Below, piece after piece: positions 25,101-33,200 of a stretch of DNA of 64,000 nucleotides. Numbering within the stretch: position 1 is the first letter of the stretch; each line of letters begins with the position of its first letter. Source of the stretch: Laetmonice hystrix (Eukaryota); assembly GCA_965235115.1 (NCBI GenBank), contig OZ249438.1, positions 13,206,001 to 13,270,000 on the forward strand, read 5' to 3'. The translations under genes were made by a program, and so were the position numbers. The notes beneath the pieces are model-generated. The model made no database searches. It saw nothing but the letters and a program-made list of their open reading frames with translations, and was not told the origin of the DNA.

Positions 25101-25502
25101 TCAGTCAGATCCTGTTACGCAGAAAGAATATGTAAATCTTCATTATGTAAAGAAGTTCTTGAAATGTCAGGGAAAGTCACGCAGTTTCGTCAAATGTAGG
25201 AGAAAATGAGTGAAAGCCAGAGAAGCTACGGATCAAGTTTCTCTAGTCCGGTCCAAGCTGTCGGAAAACGGAACATGTGGGGTCACGGATCTTGAATGAC
25301 AACAACCCATGTCTTGGTCATTTGTGTACTGGATACGGACAAGAAGGAGAGACCAGGAAAAGGAATCAGTTTTCTAATGTAGATAGAACCAGAAATATGG
25401 GAAAACAAACTTGTGAACCGCACTCATCTTGTCCATTCGTGAACATGACACTAATGATACATTTTGATGTTACAGTTCATCCAAACAACGATGTATTCGT
25501 AA
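4109..25502 (+). CDS. Classical calpain large subunit, 3' part (C2L-domain end, linker, penta-EF-hand domain); 5' exons outside window
   Basis: Core exons 4109-4145, 17374-17509, 23233-23291, 23585-23653, 24003-24081, 24732-24848, 25041-25099 and 25476-25502 all have AG/GT ends and join in frame: EIDEETGMSDIQ|PTAELTEDDVRQDRDMREAFKKIAGEDMEIDAYELQDILNAAFMK|EFRFDGFSAETCRSMVAMMD|MDRSGRLGYDEFKKLWDDLRLWK|SVFKQFDKDKSGNFNSYELRQAFHAS|GFSVSNATFNALAQRYSHRDGRIYFDDYIHCTARLRTMF|DIFKETDEARTGKAAFSLDQ|FIQTTMYS*. Exon sizes 69/79/117/59 match those I recall for vertebrate calpain PEF exons. Confidence 0.93.
4461..5136. repeat. 42-bp minisatellite, about 16 copies
   Basis: Unit tatatagtgtctgtctccagtgatccgtccccctgtccgtct. 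Confidence 0.95.
6704..6805 (+). CDS. Calpain linker cassette exon, 102 nt (RKQTPFVPEPHFGLPSRMLGQHDNRPLNIPGYRP)
   Basis: T-rich tract ending gtcgttttag| ... CGACCT|gtaagt; length divisible by 3; no stop in phase 0. Confidence 0.65.
7694..7962. mobile_element. Palindromic GGGCC-ended MITE, CAG flanks (Harbinger-like CWG TSD)
   Basis: Long imperfect inverted arms (tttactt..ccaccgtgagcaagggtgagc / gctcacccttgctcacggtgg..aagtaaa). Confidence 0.7.
8212..8244 (+). CDS. Calpain linker microexon, 33 nt (VVELKDDDDGR)
   Basis: tgttttctgcgttccatgtag| ... GGTCGG|gtaaga; phase 0/0, open. Confidence 0.65.
8932..8970 (+). CDS. Possible calpain linker microexon, 39 nt (NWKFFSGVGYTSL)
   Basis: gtaccag| ... 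TCCTTA|gtaagt; phase 0/0, open, but weak polypyrimidine tract. Confidence 0.35.
9848..10219 (+). CDS. Gly-rich cassette exon, 372 nt / 124 aa (QKRYVISPTPSYDDDRGG...(GGGGHK)n...GGFGG...FDTDFFSRDFSGFIFQ)
   Basis: Strong donor ATCTTCCAG|gtaatt at 10219/10220 in phase 0 of the Gly-rich ORF. In-frame acceptors cattttgcag| at 9823/9824 and 9847/9848. The exact 5' end is uncertain (phase-2 acceptors also exist at 9768, 9798 and 9879). Confidence 0.7.
10604..10843. repeat. 21-bp minisatellite, about 11 copies
   Basis: Unit ggaggccgtcacgtaattatt. Confidence 0.95.
10990..11034 (+). CDS. Calpain linker microexon, 45 nt (EPPGPEAVEEGMRPV)
   Basis: gtgccggttgcag| ... CCAGTT|gtgagt; phase 0/0, open. Confidence 0.6.
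12692..12721 (+). CDS. Calpain linker microexon, 30 nt (NEPLLTAIHV)
   Basis: ggtccactgcag| ... CACGTC|gtaagt; phase 0/0, open. Confidence 0.6.
14030..14293. mobile_element. MITE with 14-bp TIR CAGTGGCGTATCCA (hAT-like ends)
   Basis: cagtggcgtatcca ... tggatacgccactg; no clear TSD. Confidence 0.65.
14392..14424 (+). CDS. Calpain linker microexon, 33 nt (APTGETTVVPV)
   Basis: tgttttctctaaactctcag| ... CCTGTT|gtgagt; phase 0/0, open. Confidence 0.7.
14765..14794 (+). CDS. Calpain linker microexon, 30 nt (VSERLTTKYK)
   Basis: cacgttttcccattggacctccag| ... TATAAA|gtgagt; phase 0/0, open. Confidence 0.6.
15451..15477 (+). CDS. Possible calpain linker microexon, 27 nt (PPVLADIFV)
   Basis: Strong acceptor cttaacgattttccttgcag| but weak donor |gtattt. 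Confidence 0.25.
17374..17509 (+). CDS. Calpain PEF exon (EF1)
   Basis: ttacag|CCGACG...ATGAAAG|gtaatg; AFKKIAGEDMEIDAYELQDILN is the calpain EF1 motif. Confidence 0.93.
18381..18536. mobile_element. Short MITE with CAGGGCCGGATCCAGG-type TIR
   Basis: cagggccggatccagg ... cctggatccgactctg, with poly-C internal tracts. Confidence 0.55.
18758..19094. mobile_element. TTAA-type (Kolobok-like) MITE
   Basis: 18-bp TIR agtgctacagatatcaca / tgtgatgtctgtagcact; flanks ttag / ttaa. Confidence 0.7.
20512..20630. repeat. About 30-bp tandem repeat, about 4 copies
   Basis: Core gctgtcatgtaggactcttaaaggata. Confidence 0.85.
21314..21610. mobile_element. Two adjacent GGCC-ended palindromic MITEs
   Basis: gggcctagttcctaa...ttaggaactgggccc (21314-21438), then gccccggttttta...caaacttaaaaccagggcc; the second family recurs at 60452-60562. 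Confidence 0.7.
23233..23291 (+). CDS. Calpain PEF exon (DGFSAETCRSMVAMMD)
   Basis: ttttgcag| ... GAT|gtatcc; phase 1 to 0. Confidence 0.93.
23585..23653 (+). CDS. Calpain PEF exon (EF2, 69 nt)
   Basis: gacacag|ATGGATCGG...TGGAAG|gtatgt. Confidence 0.93.
24003..24081 (+). CDS. Calpain PEF exon (EF3, 79 nt)
   Basis: ccgtttcag|AGCGTT...TTCAG|gtacga; FDKDKSGNFNSYEL EF loop. Confidence 0.93.
24205..24272 (+). mobile_element. Possible SINE 3' tail fragment
   Basis: ggatgccgacatggcgtaaaaaccgccatttctcactcactc resembles invertebrate SINE tails ending in (CACT)n; from recall only. Confidence 0.25.
24299..24534. mobile_element. Near-perfect fold-back MITE (Harbinger-like, TAA/TTA flanks) in a calpain intron
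   Basis: taatgcgggatttccaccggacgcg... / ...cgcgtccggtggaaatcccgcatta; arms of about 110 bp with few mismatches. Confidence 0.85.
24732..24848 (+). CDS. Calpain PEF exon (EF4, 117 nt)
   Basis: ctaaacag|GTTTTAGC...ATGTTTG|gtgaga; RYSHRDGRIYFDDYI. Confidence 0.93.
25041..25099 (+). CDS. Calpain PEF exon (EF5, 59 nt)
   Basis: gtattcag|ATATCTTC...GATCAG|gtcagt. Confidence 0.92.
25476..25502 (+). CDS. Calpain last coding exon (FIQTTMYS*)
   Basis: gatgttacag|TTCATCCAAACAACGATGTATTCGTAA; resembles the calpain C-terminal WLxLTMYS* motif. Confidence 0.88.
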   Translation, partial: FIQTTMYS

Positions 25503-26107
25503 AGAAGTCGAGCAGAACTCTTACCTATGGTCAGACGGAACCAAAGAGGAACAACAACTACAAAGTAACATTGTCCCACCGTGCCCCACAATACAGACTC
25601 CACGCTTTGAGGTGAATCTGAAGTCGGCAAGAAGTTGGCTACAACGTCGCGTACAAGTGACACTACTCTTAAAACGCCTAGGAGACTACACGTCTATACA
25701 AAAGATTATGACTTATACCAACTCTTGCAGACATAGGACTTACATTTCCACACATTATCATCAGAGCACTGATAATGTAACTAGTCAGGTAGTCCTTTTT
25801 CTTGACTTGTTTTCACGTAGACAAGTTGCCACTTGGCTTCTAATGAGAGGCGTTGCCAAAACAAATATATACCAAACCTTCACCCTCAGAGTTGCTGTCA
25901 TACCCTTTCGACAGCAGTGGAACCCCCCGTAGGACTCAGCCCTTGTTTTGGGATAAATATCTTTATTCAGCGCAGGGCGGAATGGTTTTTTGTTTTTGTT
26001 GGAAATCCGAAAAGTCAGAGAGGCAGTGTGTAGTAGTGCCCGGGCCAAGTCTGGCTCTCGGTGGGTTTGGCAATACATGTTTACATATAGGCTACCAACG
26101 GAATTGG

Positions 26108-26290
26108 CCGAAACGGGCATTTGTCCGAAACGGGCATTTGCCCAGAACAGGCATTTGTCCAAAACGGGCACTTGACCAAACCGAACATTTTGTCCAAAAC
26201 GGTCATTTGTCCGAAACGGCCATATGTCCAAAACGGGCATTTGATCAAAAAGGACATTTTGACCAAAACGGGCATTTGTCCAAAACGGGT
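26108..26290. repeat. Degenerate 17-bp tandem repeat, about 10 copies
   Basis: Unit aaacgggcatttgtcc(g/a). Confidence 0.85.
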
Positions 26291-28330
26291 TGCCCACATG
26301 CCAGATGTAAACTCCACGGTGACGGTAACTTGGGGGTGAAGATGCGGGCAGCTACAGTCACACTCTGCGCAGTGTGACCTGTTACTTAACGACCTTTGAC
26401 CTTGAATCTTGCCCTTGAACTCTCCCAAACCTGTGATAACGATGATAGTCAGCAAACGTTTTTCCCGGTAGAAAAATAAAGGCCTGCTCGTAAGTTAGCA
26501 GAGAACTGTTCTTAGGTCCGTATCGTAGGTGATTTGGTACTTAGATATCGTTCTTATATTAAAATGTCGCATTGCTAGTTATATCTGAGGGCGCATGCGC
26601 ACTGAGCAACTATGCCTTGTGACGCCGAGCAGACGATACGGAAAGGTGCTGCAACACGTAAACTCTCAGTAGAAACTAAAACTTTCACGCTTTCGTAACA
26701 GAGGTGGGATTTACTCTTTGATATTATACCAAGTGTATTACAATCTTCACGTTTTTGACGGCTATTCCTGAATTGTTTTTTTTTGCTTTGGGCCAATGAA
26801 ATGTAAGGCGGATGCCCGGATGTACATGTGTTTAGCCGGCTTAAATTATTCAACGCTTCCCCATCGTTCTAAGTCTGCTGGGGATTGTAAATTACAGAAG
26901 CAGGGTATGAGATAAGAAAGAGTCCATGAATTTCACTCCATTTCTAAGCACTTTGTTGGTGGATATTATATTTCAAGAGTTATTTACAGGATATAGAGCC
27001 GATATCATAAAGTCGTTAAGAAAGGAAGAATAATTTTAGCAGCGATGATAAATTTTCTTCAAACACCTCTCCGGGACTTTTTTCTTTCTTTCTTCTAAAT
27101 GAAGAAATTAAAGGTAGAGTGCCTTTTCTACATTTCGGTTTAAAAGGAGTGTTATTACATCATATAGGCCTACTTGTGCGGCCAAGTTACATCTTTGCAT
27201 GTCTTTGCATGATATTATTACATATATGTGTAAATAGTAACATTTGGAGTTGATCTGACAACTATGACGTTGATTAGGAGCGGAGCAGGACCATCATGCG
27301 AGGCATTTAATGTCAACAATATTTGACACGGAAAGGTCAGCCGTTTTGAAAAAGAATCGACATGCCCGCGTGGATGGTGCTGCCCCCTTGCGGTAACTGC
27401 CTTAACTAGTATCTCTTAACGTTATTGCTTATCTCAGTACCTGCAGTTGTAACGGATACTATGTGTTCTGTTACTTATACAGTATGAACACACAACAGTA
27501 TACCAAAGAACGGGTGGGAAATCTATTTAAGATGTTTGTTTAGTTATAGAAAGCTTGAACATGACGTTTTTAAAGATAAGACGTTCTTGTGTTGTTTTAA
27601 AGTTGTGTACTGTATAATATGTAATCTTGACTTGCCATCTCTGATGTAACGTTGTACATACACAACAGAGAACTTGACCATTGGAAATAATGTAAGTTAC
27701 AACATTGAATGTACTTGTTTACACGTTCCTCTGTATCCACCAGACATTTCTACTATTGCGCGTATTATACAGTGAATTACTCCCATAGCAAACCATGCTA
27801 GTTAAAAAGGGAGGGTATTTTAACGTCCATTTGAAACTTTCTTTATTTTTCAGAGTCAGTTTCGAAACTACTTAATTACTTACGCATGGATTCTCATAAA
27901 TTGGAAGTTTGACGTCCGCAAATTTGGTATTAAAAATATTATGTATATCTTCAGGGATATTAGTGCATGTTTTAGGCGTGATATGTAAAACGTGTTGTAT
28001 ATTAATTAGCGTAAGTGTGGTGTTAGATACTTGCCTGTCTACTGAAAAAAAACGGCTTGAAGATTGTTGAGAAAGACCGAGTCTAGATATAACAATTTAC
28101 GGGTTTTATATACAATATGGCGCGAAGATTTGGCAGGTGGATTAGTTTAGTAACAGCGTCATTTATTTCATCAAGGTCGTATTTTGTTGTATCCAGACAG
28201 TGGAGAAAACTCTATGCTTGCAGGTTCCACGATTATTCAGTATTGATCACTGTAAGCGAATTGGATTCGAAGTAAGTTTTTGTTTGCGGTTGTTAAAAGT
28301 CAGTAGGCCTATCAGCTTGTTCCTGACCTC

Positions 28331-28336
28331 AATAAA
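28331..28336 (+). terminator. Candidate poly(A) signal for calpain (alternative at 26475-26480)
   Basis: AATAAA at the end of a long AT-rich stretch downstream of the stop codon. Confidence 0.3.
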
Positions 28337-28552
28337 AAAAGTTGTATTATATGGTATTGGGAACGGTTTTTTTTAGGAGTGGGTGGGTGAATTATCGTTA
28401 CCAAGCGTTCTAAGCGTTAAATGTTTAAACGTTATTCAGACAAATTACCTTTGTAGACACAAATTCAATTAAATCGAAGCTACAGTTGAGTTTGTGTTAG
28501 AGATTTTTTTCTTTTCATCAGGATAAATGTGTCCATGGAATAGTCGTTCTGC

Positions 28553-29419
28553 ACACACCGTTGATACAACTGTTGCTGGGAGTGGCTGACAGTAGCGTTC
28601 CCAGTAACCTTCACCCTGAATATGACCACACACCATTGATACAACCGTTGCTGGGAGTGGCTAACAATAGCGTTCCCAGTAACCTTACGGTGAATATGAC
28701 CACACACCATTGATACAACCGTTGCTGGGAGTGGCTAACAATAGCGTTCCCAGTAACCTTACGGTGAATATGACCACACACCATTGATACAACCGTTGTT
28801 GGGAGTGGCTAACAGTAGCGTTCTCAGTAACCTTGACGGTGAATACGACCACACACCATTGATACCTTCACGGTGAATATGACCACACACCATTGATACA
28901 ACCGTTGTTGGGAGTGGCTAACAGTAGCGTTCTCAGTAACCTTCACGGTGAATACGACCACACACCATTGATACCTTCACGGTGAATACGACCACACACC
29001 ATTGATACCTTCACGGTGAATACGACCACACACCATTGATACAACCGTTGCTGGGAGTGGCTAACAGTAGCGTTCTCAGTAACCTTCACTGTGAATATGA
29101 CCACACACCATTGATACCTTCACGGTGAATATGACCACACACCATTGATACAACCGTTGCTGGGAGTGGCTAACAGTAGCGTTCTCAGTAACCTTCACTG
29201 TGAATATGACCACACACCATTGATACCTTCACGGTGAATATGACCACACACCATTGATACAACCGTTGCTGGGAGTGGCTAACAGTAGCGTTCTCAGTAA
29301 CCTTCACGGTGAATACGACCACACACCATTGATACCTTCACGGTGAATATGACCACACACCATTGATACAACCGTTGCTAGGAGTGGCTCACAGTAGCGT
29401 TCTCAGTAACCTTCACGGT
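28553..29419. repeat. Compound satellite of 75-bp (A) and 34-bp (B) units
   Basis: A=gaatatgaccacacaccattgatacaaccgttgctgggagtggctaacagtagcgttctcagtaaccttcacggt; B=A with a 41-bp internal deletion. Confidence 0.95.
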
Positions 29420-29468
29420 GATTATAAATAAGAATCACTCCGACGAAAACCTGGTTTATGACAATGGT

Positions 29469-29474
29469 TTTATT
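29469..29474 (-). terminator. Candidate poly(A) signal for the multicopper oxidase
   Basis: AATAAA on the minus strand about 670 nt downstream of the stop at 30141. Confidence 0.3.
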
Positions 29475-29920
29475 TATAATCGAGACCCGACACCAGCTCT
29501 TGCGTAGATGACCGTAATTATTGGCACGTTGTATAATATCGAAGGGCAAAATGAGCAAAGAATATAAAATAACTACACATTGTAAGTGAAATAATCGTCT
29601 TTCTTTAGGTCCAAGATTCACATTGAGCACTCGATCCCTCGCTATAGGCGATAGTTCAAATACACATTGTACATGCCCTGTAGACCGTAAAATTGTTATA
29701 TTTTATATTTGAAAATCGCGAAAGGCAAAGTCAATGCATATGTATAATACAACTTGTGTATACTATAATGTACTAGTTGTAAATTAACTGCAAGCTTTGC
29801 CAGGAAAGCATGTAGATGTATACCTTACGGGACGCGCACTCGGAAAATGTCCACAAAGTTGAGGTTACCCTTGTATAGCTTGGTTGATAGAGAACCCCCC
29901 CCCCCCCTCCCGTTTGGCCC

Positions 29921-30113
29921 CTATTTCGACCTCTCCTCCTCTAAGATCCCTGATTCGACCTCCCCCTGTTTCGACCTCTCCTCCGCTAAGACCCCTAATT
30001 CGACCTCCCCTCTGACCCCCGATTCGACCTCTCCTCTGACCCCTGATTCGACCTCCCCTCTGACCCCTGATTCGACCTTCCCTCTGACCCCTGATTCGAC
30101 CTCCCCTCTGACC
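29921..30113. repeat. 24-bp minisatellite in the MCO 3' UTR
   Basis: Unit attcgacctcccctctgacccctg. Confidence 0.9.
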
Positions 30114-30140
30114 ACTGAGTCCTCTGGTTGTAAGCCCTGA

Positions 30141-30283
30141 TTAAGAGTGAATCTTTGAACGCTTGGTCGTCCGTCTGCAGCACACGTAGCAGAATATTGG
30201 GATAATGGCGGCGACCATCCCAGCCAGAACCAAACCGACAGCTCCACCAATCAGATCGATCGTCCGTAACGTTATGTGATCCT
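30141..30283 (-). CDS. MCO exon 4 (transmembrane helix and short basic cytoplasmic tail)
   Basis: ctgttttacag|AG GAT CAC...; EDHITLRTIDLIGGAVGLVLAGMVAAIIPIFCYVCCRRTTKRSKIHS*; phase matches the exon 3 donor. Confidence 0.85.
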
Positions 30284-33200
30284 CTGTAAAACAGCCAGCC
30301 ATAAAGGGTTTTCATTGAGGGACAGTAGAGACGAAAACATATCAACAGAACTTAGAGATAATCACCCGAAAAAATGAAAAAAAAGATGGGTATAAAATTA
30401 CTCGAACTTCCTCCGCTTGAAATCCTTGGAATCGTTCCATTTTGAAATAACCCGAAATCAAGAATAATTATTTAGTTATATTATGTAATTCTGCATTAGC
30501 GGAATTATTGCTCGACCTGCTTAACCTTATCCAGAATGAAAGAAACCATAGGCTGAAAATGACCGGAGACGGCATATTTAGAAAAGTGTGTTAGAAAGCA
30601 CATTACATTGTAAGACGGTCAGAAAGAACGGTCTTAATTGTTGTTCCTTACCTGATGGTAAACACTGCATGTTGGTGACTTTGCTCCCTGTCTTCTCAGC
30701 AGGAGACTTGTCAATCAACGCGTTGAGTGCCGCGGCGTCGCCTATCTTGTGGCCCAGGTTTCCCGGACCGAAGTAGTACCTCCGAAAAAGTTCGTTGTAA
30801 TCATTGAACTGTTTCTGTGACATGTCGAAGGAGTAACAGGTCGGGAAGTCGGCCGGGGGCGGAGGATAGTACCCGGGGGCCTCGTTAAAGAGCATGGTCA
30901 TGCCCCCTTCGAGGTGGTGGTTCATGTGACAGTGGACAAGCCAGTAACCCGGGTTGGTGGCTTTGAACCTGACGACGACGTAGGCGCGCGCAGGAAGCCA
31001 CACAGTGTCCTTGATGACGGGGCGATGGTCCTCCATATGTGGGGCCAAGTCGTCGCGCCATCGCGTCGTCAGGCAGAGCGATCCGTCGTCGTCGCACACG
31101 ACGTCCTTGTTAAAGCCCGTGTAGTGGCCCGTCGTCGTATTCTGCAAAGCGAAGCCCATTTTGGTGACGGCGAAACTGTGACCGTGAATGTGCATCGGGT
31201 GAGGTCCTGCTTTCCAGATGGGCTGGAGGTTGCTCATGACAACCTGAATGGTTTTGTTGAAGACGAGTTTGACTGTGTTGGTGCACCTGCACCCTTTGGT
31301 GTTGTCCCGACAAGCCTTGTTGCAGGATATCTGCACGGCGTCCCGTTGGAACAAGGGTGCCGTGGGTGGGACGAATTTTCTGGCGTTGATGGACGTCCCA
31401 ACGCCGTGGTAGCCGATGTTGATGAAAATCTCTTGGACGTCCTTGTCCTCGATGCCATACGTAGAGTCTGTGAGTTGAGGGTCCTGTGCAGATTCGAGTT
31501 CTGTGATAGGTATGCAGTCGGTGTAAAAGGAGTCGGGGTATGCTATGAAAGGACAGTTTATGGCGCGGCATCTTTTGGAAGCCGTGCACGGTTTTGGCGT
31601 TGTCGTCGGGTCAACGTCGCCTGACAGCGGTTCGTATGCCAGCACCGCGTTCACCTCGTGATCAGGCGTCCCGCGTCTGACGTCATAGGGTGAGCGGGCC
31701 CGCACCCAATACCGATCTACAGGCTGATTGGCTATTATCTCAAAATCGAACCTTTCGCCAGGCGAAACCAGAATAAAATCAGCCTCCACTGGAATGATGT
31801 CGTAGCCGTCAGTCGCCACCACGCGGAGTCGATGCCAGTCGATCGAGACCCGCAGCGAATACTCAGCACCGACGTTGATCATGCGGAACCTGTACGTCTC
31901 CCCAGATTTGACGTTGTACGTCGTCAGCGGGAAGGGTTGCCCTTTAAAGCGCCCTCGACCATTAATGAGACCAGCTATCCACATGGTGCCGGCGACCGGC
32001 GTGTTGTCCACAGCGTAGTCGCGAAGGATGCGAGCCGAGAAGATGTTGTCCCCGTCGCCGACGTCCTCCTTGTCAATACTGCTGGTACTTACGATTTCAA
32101 TGATGCCACCATCGTCGTGGTACCAGTCGCTGGCCAGCATCGGGAATTCTGTCAGTTTCGGCGGCTTCCTATGTACGACGAAGATTCCTTCATGTAGAGG
32201 ATAGAATAATAATTATTGTCAAATGGCTGGGTGATGGTCAACGGACATAATTTGTGAAATCGGAACTGATTGGACATAGGTACATGGGTCATCACACTAC
32301 ACGATTTTGGGCTGCGAATGTGTAGGACACGATTTCCTGTCGTCTCTCAAGTTTTCGTGTTGTGAATAATCGTATGACAAGTGTCCTCACACTACACGAT
32401 TTGCAGCGAATTCTTACAACAACTTCCTACGACACGATAAGATAAAGTGTTGGCGGGAAGTTTCTGGCCATTTGACCTGGAAAATGAGGTGCGCACACAG
32501 AGAGTTTAAATGTGCAATATGACAAGAAAACCACCGATTTCCTACAATAGGGCAGCGATTCGCCAAGATTTTTCACGACACGAATTTTTGTCTACGACAG
32601 GACAAGACGGGTGTTCTCACACATGATGATTTCCTACGACACGACAAGAAAAACTGTGATGCCAGAAAGCATTTTCAACATGTGGAAAACCCCACGACAT
32701 GTCAAGTGTCGTGTAGAATCGTGTCGGCCAACCTCTCAGACTTTACGATAACCACCGACAACACACGCAAATTTGTTTTGTCTTGTCGTATCTCATATAT
32801 TCTTGTCGCATCGTAAGAAAATCGTGTAGTGTGAGGCAGGCTTTAAGATTTCGTGTTATGTTTAATCGTACGACACTTGTCCTCACACTACACGATTTGC
32901 TGCATTTTCCTAAGATAACTTCCTACGACGCGATAAGACAAAGTGTTGGCGGGAAGTTTCTAGTCATGTGACCTGGAAAATGGAACGGCGCGCAAAGAGT
33001 TAAATGTGCGCTACGACAAGAAAACCGCTGATTTCCAATAGGGCAGTGATTCTCCAGTGTTCTCACACATTACGATTTCTGACAACACCACAAGAAAAAC
33101 TGTCGTGCGAGAAAAAAATTTTCAACATGTTGAAAACCCCACAACACGTCGAGACAGATTCGTGTCATGTAGAATCGTGTTGGCCAACCTCTCAGACTTT

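Noticed and set aside
25785-26455. Overlapping ORFs of 70-174 aa downstream of calpain
   Set aside because: Generated by the 17-bp repeat in the probable 3' UTR region.
28553-29419. CRISPR-like appearance of regularly spaced repeats (also 57191-57820)
   Set aside because: No unique spacers, no cas genes and a eukaryotic context; these are tandem satellites.
30885-32197. Long extra ORFs (30914-31624 +, 31110-31589 -, 31832-32197 +)
   Set aside because: Antisense or off-frame shadows of the GC3-rich MCO exon 3; no independent domain signal.
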